A stretch of DNA of 64,000 nt from Macrostomum hystrix (taxonomy: Eukaryota; Animalia; Platyhelminthes). Every line of letters begins with the position of its first letter. Positions within the stretch are counted from its first letter, which is position 1. Below are positions 1-10,200 of this stretch, piece after piece. The translations under genes and the position numbers were made by a program. The notes under the pieces are model-generated. The model was not told the DNA's origin and searched no databases. It was given only the letters and a program-made list of their open reading frames with translations. The stretch covers positions 12,400,001-12,464,000 of the forward strand of contig CATNEN010000039.1 of the NCBI GenBank assembly GCA_950097015.1, read 5' to 3'.

Positions 1-224
1 TGAAATCGTTTTTTTCGTGTGCGTTCGTGTGTTTAAATAAACATTTTCCCGTGTGAATCTACAAAGTTACCAGCATTACCTTTTTGTGCTTTTGAAAGAC
101 TGAGAAACCTTCCCGCGTTTTTGCTGTTAAAAATGTACTGTTAAACTGCGAGGGATTTTGGAATAGCTGCCGATTTTTATAAGCTTGTAACCGTCTGAGT
201 GCCGGATGCCATGGGGTGGATGTG

Positions 225-880
225 AGGGGAGAGGAACAGAGGGGAGAGGAACAGAGGGGTAGAGGAACAGAAGGGGAGAGAATCAGAGGGAGAGAAAGAG
301 AGGGGAGAGGAACATAGGGGAGAGTAAAAGAGGGAGAGGAACAGAAGGGGAGAGGAACAGAAGGGGAGAGGAACAGAAGGGGAGAGAAAGAGAGGGAGAG
401 GAACAGAAGGGGAGAGAAAGAGAGGGAGAGGAACAGAAGGGGAGAGGAACAGAAGGGGAGAGGAACAGAAGGCGAGAGGAACAGAAGGGAGAGGAAGAGA
501 AGGGTAGAGGAACAGAAGGGGAGAGAATCAGAGGGAGAGAAAGAGAGGGGAGAGGAACAGAGGGGAGAGTAAAAGAGGGAGAGGAACAGAGGGGAGAGGA
601 ACAGAGGGTAGAGGACCAGAAGGGGAGAGAATCAGAGGGAGAGAAAGAGAGGGGAGAGGAACAGAGGGGAGAGTAAACGAGGGAGAGGAACAGAGGGGAG
701 AGGAAGAGAAGGGTAGAGGAACAGAAGGGGAGAGAATCAGAGGGAGAGAAAGAGAGGGGAGAGGAACAGAGGGGAGAGTAAAATAGGGAGAGGAACAGAA
801 GGGGAGAGGAACAGAAGGGGAGAGAAAGAGAGGGAGATGAACAGAAGGGGAGAGGAACAGAAGGGGAGATGAACAGAAGG
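225..880. repeat. Purine-rich degenerate minisatellite (GAGAGGAACAGAAGGGG-like units)
   Basis: Visible tandem ~16-17 bp units; source of spurious ORF 283..1116. Confidence 0.9.
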
Positions 881-1701
881 GACCAGTATGGAATAACCTG
901 GAACGATGGGGAATAGTTTCTACGCCGTATATGTAATCCCCTAAGCCGCACGTACAGACAGCCTTCCAAAAATGCGGGCAGACAATGACGCATCTCTGAC
1001 GTCAGCCCCTCAAGGATCCAGCAGCGAGGGCGCACCGAACTTCCACACAGCCTAACAAGAGTATTTGATGGTTTCTGGGGGCAATCAGGATAGGGTTTTG
1101 GGAGCAAAAATCGCAACGAGGGGAAGAAAGTGAAAGATTATAGGAGGCGAGAAGGCATCTGGGCGCCCTCCTGTAGTCTGGTTGCAGTTGAAGGTGTAGT
1201 TGGGGGTCAGCAATTTCGACTGCAGTTCGTTGTCGTGTTCGCAATTTCCGCGATCAGTTAAACAAGGAGCCTCGGAACACGAAAAAATAAGGGCATAGGA
1301 GAAATCTTTTTAGCTGTCTCGCCTGTTGTCCTTTGTGACTTTCAGATTTGACTTTTTGGAAAAATGGCAAATAAGTTCAAGTGGAAATTGTTCTGCCACT
1401 TGTATAGGCAGTCTTCTGCATTTTTGGAAGATACTTTTTTAAACTGGAGCTTAGGATTACTTTTAAGGGATAAATACGAGCAAGAGTAATAGGATAGGGA
1501 TGGATAAAGACTGATTGGGATGTTTGCATTTTGATGAATAAAGACAATTTTTTAATAAATAGTTAATTACGGATGAATACTAATTAGAATACTGGGATGT
1601 TAAAATACAAAGACTAACCAAGGATATCAATAAACAAAGACTGCCGGCCTAGCTGTTAGTGTTGAAACAAAGACCTGGCAAGTGATTGTTTGGCATTGCA
1701 G

Positions 1702-1954
1702 GCTGCAGCAGCTGGCATCCGCTTACGCCTATCAGCAGCCGATGCTGTCGCAGGCCAGTCTGATGGCCCTGAGCGCCTCGCCGCAGCTCGCAGCGGCCGC
1801 AGCGGCGGCGGCGGCTGCGGCGGCGGCAGCTGGGGGCGGCGGCGGCGGCGGCGCCGGTGGCAACTCTTCAGCGGCCACAGCCAGCTTTCTGGCCGATTAT
1901 GCGGCCACGATGGCGGCAGCGCAGCAGTTTCAGCAACAGCAGCAGCATCAGCAT

Positions 1955-2000
<46 letters not shown>

Positions 2001-3390
2001 TCTATTCAGGCTTAACTGACTGCGCCATGCTGCAGTTGGCCCAGGTGAGGATTAAGCTACACACACAACATAAAGGGGTTATAGCCTAGTGGTCAGAGCG
2101 TCTAAATCGTGACTTGAAGGTCGGGGGTTCGATTCCCGACGCCACTGGAACAATTTGTGACCTTTAGCGAGACACTTAACTCTGCGATGCTTCAGTTCAC
2201 TCAGCTGTTAAATAGGTACCAGCACAAGCAGGGGTAATTGAGGGTGGGTGTGGCTCCCACCCAGTCCATGGACTGAACAGCCGTACGCAGTCTTCAGATG
2301 CGCCGCGCAATAGCTGCGGCTGTGCTGTCGGCTGCACATCTGGCCCGATTTGGAGCAGGTGTAATTAAATTATTTTTAATAATGATTAGGCAGCCGCAGT
2401 CTGGGTGCGGCTTGTCAAAAATACAGCAGATCGCTCAATTGGATCCGCACGGTGTCTTACCATGCAAAAAAGAGAGTCTTCGCAGTAAGAGACCGACTGA
2501 ATTCGGCAAAGGTTCGATAATCCAATGTCGCCTCGCCAATTAACTATTGTTTTAGCTAGGGCGTCCCGAAGGCATTTTAGTATTGGCCAAGGGTACCTTA
2601 CTGCAAGTACTCGATGCCGGGGAGAGCAGGCAAAAATTATGCACCTAGTAATTTTGTACTTGCAGGCCGATATGTTTGGAAAAAGCCAAGATCAACAGAG
2701 AAATGTAGATCAAACTGCAACCAAATTAGTATAAGCTGGCTCGCTCAGGTATCGATCAATCGATGCTGTTGTGCATTTTTTACATCTATAGATGTAGATC
2801 TGGCCTGAATGATTGCATAATGCAGTCTTGCGGTTGGTGTAAAATGTAAATTGTAATAAAACCGACGCAATTTATTTAATTGAATAATGAGGCCCGGCTA
2901 GGCCAGGCCAGACCTGTGCTGTCTGTGGTTTTAGTTAATTGCATGGTAGAAAAGGCAAAAAAGACAACAGCATTTGGTATTCCCAGGCGGTCACCCATCC
3001 AAGTACTAACCAAACCCAACGTTGCTTAACTTCGGTGATCGGACGAGAACCGGTGTTTTCAACGTGGTATGGCCGTTGCCACTGGCTGGAAGCGGCCAAA
3101 CTGGCTTATATACTTAACAGTCGAACAGTCGACTAATATCTAGTATCTAGTGACTAATATCGACTATCTAATGTCCAATCAAACGCTATTTTTAGGCCTC
3201 CTATTTGCCGCAGTATTACGCTGCGACATCTATGCAGAGCGCGGGCGCTTTGCCGAGCCTGTCAACCGGTGCCGGGGCTGGCCAACAGTCTGGCGGCTCC
3301 GCGGCTGCGGCAGCGGCTGCCGCGGCGGCGGCTGCGGCCGCCATGCAGAACGGCTACCTGCTGACTGGCGCCCAAGAAAGGGCTCAGTGA
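1702..3390 (+). CDS. Last two coding exons (1702-2044, 3196-3390) of an Ala/Gln/Tyr-rich protein; tail resembles RBM24/RBM38 family; 5' exons lie upstream of the window
   Basis: TTGCAG acceptor at 1701, CAG|GTGAGG donor at 2044, TTTTAG acceptor at 3195; the phase-0 join reads LAQ|ASYLPQYYAA and ends polyA-MQNGYLLTGAQERAQ*. This resembles the recalled RBM24 end (polyA...QTDRMQ*). No RRM is visible in the window. Confidence 0.6.
2075..2290 (+). mobile_element. tRNA-derived CORE-like SINE
   Basis: A box TAGCCTAGTGG and B box GGTTCGATTCC, followed by TGTGACCTTTAGCGAGACACTTAACTCTG...TCAGCTGTTAAATAGG, resembling the MIR/CORE domain. A diverged copy lies at 50978-51138 (-) and a tail fragment near 44287-44308. 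Confidence 0.7.
2392..2507 (-). ncRNA. Spliced leader (SL) RNA gene
   Basis: Minus strand: 47-nt leader GCCGAATTCAGTCGGTCTCTTACTGCGAAGACTCTCTTTTTTGCATG, then donor GTAAGA (pairs with TCTTAC in the leader), stem-loop II GCGGATC/GATCTGC, Sm-type site TATTTTTGA and stem-loop III AGCCGCA/TGCGGCT. The leader ends in ATG as flatworm SLs do. Confidence 0.9.
2957..2962 (-). terminator. Pol III T6 terminator of 5S gene
   Basis: TTTTTT run on the minus strand at the 5S 3' end. Confidence 0.8.
2961..3080 (-). rRNA. 5S rRNA gene (single copy in window, intronic)
   Basis: Reverse complement GGCAACGGCCATACCACGTTGAAAACACCGGTTCTCGTCCGATCACCGAAGTTAAGC...GTACTTGGATGGGTGACCGCCTGGGAATACC...GTTGTCTT, ~120 nt with paired ends. 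Confidence 0.97.
3106..3112 (-). promoter_or_regulatory. TATA-like element at about -26 to -32 of the 5S gene
   Basis: TATATAA on the minus strand at the usual upstream position for metazoan 5S genes. Confidence 0.6.
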
Positions 3391-3445
3391 CGCCAGCATT
3401 GAACAGCACAGCATAGTTATAAACTCAATAAGTAACTAATTTTTG

Positions 3446-3512
3446 CCGGGGATCCGTGGCCGATTGGTTAAATCGGCTGTACTTTATTATAGTCGGCAGG
3501 GGTTCGAATCTC
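3446..3512 (+). mobile_element. Degenerate tRNA-like head (SINE remnant) in 3' UTR
   Basis: TGGCCGATTGG (A box) and GGTTCGAATCT (B box) without a complete cloverleaf. Similar heads occur at 29040-29097 (-) and 48662-48727 (+). Confidence 0.4.
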
Positions 3513-4894
3513 AATATAGAAATTTACTATATAGGCACGCTTAACCTACTTACTAACAAGTAGCTTGTAGAGGTCTTTATTATAAACATTTTCATTTCAA
3601 AAGTAGCCGCAGTTGCGTCCGTGCTAACGCAATACGGCTAGGTACATAAGCAGAAAATTCAATTCATTTGATTCGCCAATTACACGACTCGATGACTAAC
3701 TAAATTATAATTACTTTCCTCATATGTCAATAATCCATGATGCTACACTAATTCTCGTACTTAGCCAGCTGTTATCCTACCTGTAGTTGTTTATCTCTCA
3801 AGAAGATAATTTTGGTCACAAGTAGTATATGCAGAATGTTTCATGTTTGCGATTAGCCCCACTGTTACACAAGTTAATGAACCGCCGCTTTTTTGCAAAT
3901 TGATTCAGACTTGTCACTACAAAGCAGCAACTTGTGTTTTTCTATACATATCGGCAAACATTTAAATAAAAACATGACCGAATCCCTGACTAAGCAAAGG
4001 GACTACTTGTAATTGTTTAATTAAACAAACAACGAATAGCTCATTTGTTTGTCCAAAGTAAATAACAAAATGTTTGAAAGCAGGGTTTATTAATGATTTT
4101 AAGTTAAAAAAACTCAACTCAAACACAACTGCAGCACCCATTGCAAAATGGGGCACATAACTTTGTGACGTTATTACTATCAATTAAGTTTATGGATGTT
4201 ATAATGGATTCTTATTTTTAAAACAATAAACAGACAGCACAAGGACCTTAAAAACAGACGCGGTGAGAGTTATTTGTTTATGGTGCTAATAGAGTGGAAT
4301 ATGTGTAAACATAAAACATGCCGCATATGCACTGCACTACTAACAGCTAACCTTAAGTAGTAAATAGAGTTTATAAAAAGTGCAAAATTTTACGAATTAA
4401 ATCTTTATTTTAGTTGAACAAGATTACAGATTTAGAAGCCCATTGTGAAGATAGCCCATCACTCAAAATACAATTGTACAAAGCAATGATTGAATATAAT
4501 TTTTGTTTTACTTTACAAAGCAAACCTATTATTTACAAACAGTAATAAAGCAAATGGTTCTTGGATTTTCTCTGCAACGCAGAAGATACTACTAATAGTA
4601 CGTACCGAAGCGAATCAACAATAAAAAATTGTTTATAAATATGAAACAGAAACTTGAAAAACAGCAACCAACATTCTACGTGCTTATCGTCTGCAAGCAA
4701 CAAAGCAAATTAAACAGGCTAAAAACACAAAATAAACACAAATTGTTTTTTTTTCGACAACGGTATATAACTCTGTTTTTTAACGAAGATAATAATGCAT
4801 AACAGTGGTTTTATAAACAAACGGACGATGTCTTAATCATAGATGCCAGATGAGAAACAATCTAATTAGCTTTTATTGCTGGACAAAGGAAATT

Positions 4895-7090
4895 TTCATG
4901 AGAATCAGATCTGAATTTGATGAGAATCCCATGAGAATCCTATGATAATCCTAGGAGAATTTCATAAGAATCCGATGAGAATCCTATGAGAATTTTACAA
5001 GAATCCTATGAGAATTTCACAAGAATCCGATGAGAATCCTATGAGAATTTCACAAGAATCCGATGAGAATCCTATGAGAATTTCACAAGAATCCGATGAG
5101 AATCCTATGAGAATTTCACAAGAATCCTATGAGAATTTTACAAGAATCCTATGATAATTTCACAAGAATCCTATGAGAATTTTACAAGAATCCAATGAGA
5201 ATTTCAGAAGAATCCGATGAGAATTTCACAAGAATCCTATGAGAATTTCACAAGAATCCTATGAGAATTTTACAAGAATCCTATGAGAATTTCACAAGAA
5301 TCCTATAAGAATTTCACAAGAATCCTATGAGAATTTCACAAGAATCCTATGAGAATTTCACAAGAATCCTATGAGAATTTCACAAGAATCCTATAAGAAT
5401 TTCACAAGAATCCTATGAGAATTTCACAAGAATCCTATGAGAATTTCACAAGAATCCTATGAGAATTTCACAAGAATCCTATGAGAATTTCACAAGAATC
5501 CTATGAGAATTTTACAAGAATCCTATGAGAATTTCACAAGAATCCTATGAGAATTTCACAAGAATCCTATGAGAATTTCACAAGAATCCTATGAGAATTT
5601 CACAAGAATCCTATGAGAATTTCACAAGAATCCTATGAGAATTTCACAAGAATCCTATGAGAATTTCACAAGAATCCTATGAGAATTTCACAAGAATCCT
5701 ATGAGAATTTCACAAGAATCCTATGAGAATTTCACAAGAATCCTATAAGAATTTCACAAGAATCCTATGAGAATTTCACAAGAATCCTATGAGAATTTCA
5801 CAAGAATCCTATGAGAATTTTACAAGAATCCTATGATAATTTCACAAGAATCCTATGAGAATTTCACAAGAATCCTATAAGAATTTCACAAGAATCCTAT
5901 GAGAATTTTACAAGAATCCAATGAGAATTTCACAAGAATCCTATGAGAATTTCACAAGAATCCTATGAGAATTTCACAAGAATCCTATGAGAATTTCACA
6001 AGAATCCTATGAGAATTTTACAAGAATCCTATGATAATTTCACAAGAATCCTATGAGAATTTCACAAGAATCCTATGAGAATTTCACAAGAATCCTATGA
6101 GAATTTCACAAGAATCCTATGAGAATTTCACAAGAATCCTATGAGAATTTCACAAGAATCCTATGAGAATTTCACAAGAATCCTATGAGAATTTCACAAG
6201 AATCCTATAAGAATTTCACAAGAATCCTATGAGAATTTCACAAGAATCCTATGAGAATTTCACAAGAATCCTATGAGAATTTTACAAGAATCCTATGATA
6301 ATTTCACAAGAATCCTATGAGAATTTCACAAGAATCCTATAAGAATTTCACAAGAATCCTATGAGAATTTTACAAGAATCCAATGAGAATTTCACAAGAA
6401 TCCTATGAGAATTTTACAAGAATCCTATGAGAATTTCACAAGAATCCTATAAGAATTTCACAAGAATCCTATGAGAATTTCACAAGAATCCTATGAGAAT
6501 TTCACAAGAATCCTATGAGAATTTCACAAGAATCCTATGAGAATTTCACAAGAATCCTATGAGAATTTCACAAGAATCCTATAAGAATTTCACAAGAATC
6601 CTATGAGAATTTCACAAGAATCCTATGAGAATTTCACAAGAATCCTATAAGAATTTCACAAGAATCCTATGAGAATTTCACAAGAATCCTATGAGAATTT
6701 TACAAGAATCCTATGATAATTTCACAAGAATCCTATGAGAATTTCACAAGAATCCTATGAGAATTTCACAAGAATCCTATGAGAATTTCACAAGAATCCT
6801 ATGAGAATTTCACAAGAATCCTATGAGAATTTTACAAGAATCCTATGAGAATTTCACAAGAATCCTATGAGAATTTCACAAGAATCCTATGAGAATTTCA
6901 CAAGAATCCTATAAGAATTTCACAAGAATCCTATGAGAATTTTACAAGAATCCAATGAGAATTTCACAAGAATCCTATGAGAATTTTACAAGAATCCTAT
7001 GAGAATTTCACAAGAATCCTATAAGAATTTCACAAGAATCCTATGAGAATCCAATGAGAATTTATTGAGAATTCGCGATGAGAATCCGAA
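4895..7090. repeat. 22-bp minisatellite GAGAATTTCACAAGAATCCTAT (dimer of 11-mers)
   Basis: About 2.2 kb tandem array with degenerate edges. Confidence 0.97.
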
Positions 7091-7243
7091 CAAGAATATC
7101 ATGAGAATCGAAAGAGAAATCGTTTTAATTTAATAAAAAAACCAACAGGCAAGCAGACAGTTGCAACAGAAACAGTATTAGCGTCCACGGTGCCAATATT
7201 AATTTAGTTTGCTTATTATTAATTAAACTTAAAGTTCATCTTC

Positions 7244-10200
7244 TCAAGCGTCCTCGTCAGCGGCGGCGACGTGCCTGCCGGCTGAGGCGCCGGGTGCGCG
7301 AATCGGCAGACTCTGCAGCGCCTCCTTGTAGGCCTGCGATGGTCGCGATTTGGCTCGCTCCCCCGGATGCGAATCGGCGAAATGAGCGTCTAGAACATCG
7401 CGCGACCAGTAGGATCGCCGGCACAGGTGGCAGTGATGAGGAAACACTCCCAGATGATACTGAACAATGTGATCTTTGACACTATTCAGGCTGCTAGAAG
7501 AGCTCTTGCACACCGAGCACTGGTGCGTCACTCCGCCGAAATTGCTGCGCCTACGCACCACCCAGCATTTCTCTAGCGGCGCCGGGTCAACGGCGCGATC
7601 CAGGGAGTCGGGCATCAGCAGCAGCTCCTTGCCGTTGACCATCACGCTGGCCGGGCGAGTGTCAACCGGATCTTCTTCTTCGTCGTTCTCCTGGGCTTCG
7701 GTTTCAGCTTCCTCATCTTGATCCTCTTCTTCGTCACCGTCCTCGCCAGCTTCCTCGTTGATTTCCTCTTCTAGACCTTCTTCGTCTTCTTCTTCTGTTT
7801 GCTGCTCCTCGCCCTCGTCTTCGATCACCTGCATCCCGGCGTCGTCAAAGTCTTCATCGTCTTGCTCCTCTTCATCTTCGGCGGCCGCCTCGCCGTTGCT
7901 CTCGTCTCCGCCTCGATGCTGTTCCTCTTCTTCCTCGTCTTCTTCTTCCGCTTCCTCTTCGTTGTTCTCGTTATCGTCTTCGTCTTCTTCTGATTCCAAA
8001 CGAGGACGCTTTCTGCTACTAGGAGCGGACGATCTATTAGCGGCGGCGGCTGCGGCTGCTGCTGCCGCGGCTGCTGCCTCTCGTCGAGTCTTGGCCGCGG
8101 CGATAGCGGCGGCGGAGCGTTGCAGAATTTTCTTAGCCAGACTAGCCGGCTTAACGTCAACGCGATTCATAGCGTAGCGATAAGCCGAGTACTGCAACAG
8201 GTGAAACTCTTTACGCGGATGCTCCAATAGGTGGTGCCGGAATACGTGATTTCTAACGGCGTACAGTTTGCCGCACTCGCTGCACTTGTGCCCAGGTATG
8301 CCCAGATGATCGCGGACAATGTGACCCCTGACTGGGCCAACATTGTGCGAGCCGAAGTCGCACCAGCTGCAGCTGAATTGGCACCGGCCAGGAACCAGCG
8401 ACTTGTCGCCTTCGTCAGCCTGGATGACGAAGCAGGTGGTTGGAATCTGGGGCCGGTCGGAGGGGCAGTGCATCTCCGGCGGGACTCCGGAGGCGGCATC
8501 GTCGCCGGCGTGGCTAGAACTGTCGTCAGCGGCTACGGAAGCAACAACTTCTTGCTGTTGATGATCGCCTCTGCCGCCAGTTTTGATTTTGATGCGCAGG
8601 CCTTTGGTTGGAGAGGCCGAGTTGCCGGCTGGTGACACAGAGGCTGAGGCTGTGGAATTGGCAGCCTGAAAATATTCGATGAGAAATTTTCAGATTAGCT
8701 AAGAAATCTAGGGGGCTAAGATATAAAAACGGACTCTCCGTGATTTCTTAGAAACTGACGTTTGAATGAGGACGCGTTTCTTAGATATCGTTATATAAAA
8801 TATGATGCATTTCTTAGAAATGTTCGTTTGAATGACGATGCATTTCTTAGAATCGTATTTAAATAGTAATGTTTTTCTAAATTAATATTTAGAGAAGTTT
8901 TGACGTGAAAATGAGCAAGTAGGATTTGTCACTAATGTTTGAGAATCTAAAAAGAGTTAATTAGAAATCGCCTAACAAGCTGTCTTCACCTGAGCACTGC
9001 CAGTTGTTCTCAACGGCACCATACTAGGAAACGAATCGTAGGACGCCGTTGTCGAAGCAGCCAACGAAGCCTCCCCAATTGAGCCGCCCCGACCGCCGCC
9101 GAGTTTATCCTCGCCGGGTCCAACCGTGCCCTTCCATTTTAGCCTGGCCAGTTGGATTAGCAGCGGATCAGGCAGTAGACGGTTGTCGTCCCGGCTAAGC
9201 CGACTGGCGTGCAGGCAGGCGGTTTTGTAACGATCGGGGACCTTGGCGTGGACGCCCAGAATGTGCTTGCGAATGTCGCCCATGCCGTGCGGACTGGAGG
9301 CTGAGCAGCCGGAGCAGCGGAATACTCGCTTATTCTCAGACAGTGTGCGAGTTACTGCCACCTTGTAGGTGCTGTAGTATTCCATCTTCTCGCGTAGGAT
9401 GGCCATCGTCTCCTCGTCGCAGGCGCCATCAATGAGCATCTGGGATACGCAGCATTTGAGTAGGATTTGAGTAGGATTTAAGTAGTATTTGAAGTACGAT
9501 ATGAGTAGGATTTAAGTAGGATTTAAGTAGGATTTGAGTAGGATTTAAGTAGTATTTGAAGTAGGATTTGAGTAGGATTTGAGTAGGATTTGAGTAGGAT
9601 TTGAGTAGGATTTGAAGTAGGATTTGAGTAGGATTTAAGTAGGATTTAAGTAGGATTTGAGTAGGATTTAAGTAGTATTTGAAGTACGATATGAGTAGGA
9701 TTTAAGTAGGATTTAAGTAGGATTTGAGTAGGATTTAAGTAGTATTTGAAGTAGGATTTGAGTAGGATTTGAGTAGGATTTGAGTAGGATTTGAGTAGGA
9801 TTTGAAGTAGGATTTGAGTAGGATTTAAGTAGGATTTGAGTAGGATTTGAGTAGGATTTGAGTAGGATTTGAAGTAGGATTTAAGTACGGTTTGAGTAGG
9901 TTTACAGTAAGATTAGATTCAAGATTTGAGAAAGACTTGGTACTATTGTATATTCGGCAAGGTTATAGAACGATATGAACCAGATTTGAGTAGAATTTGA
10001 GAAGGATACGTAGGATTAGGATCAGGCTTGATGAGGATCTATGCAGTAAAATCAGTACCTTCAGCGCCCTAAACGAATACGGCAGGTCGACTGCTCGCTC
10101 CAGCTCGCCTTCGTCCTCGAGAATGCGCAGACTGGCCAGTCGCTGCTCCTGAGTCGCCACCTCGTGCGGCTGGATCGGCGGCTCGCAGCGGCCAATACCG

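Noticed and set aside
2075-2150. Possible tRNA gene
   Set aside because: The acceptor stem does not pair, and it continues into a SINE body found elsewhere in the window.
2508-2950. U1, U2 or U5 snRNA in the 5S-SL spacer
   Set aside because: Diagnostic motifs (ATACTTACCTG, GTGTAGTA, GCCTTTTAC) were not found on either strand.
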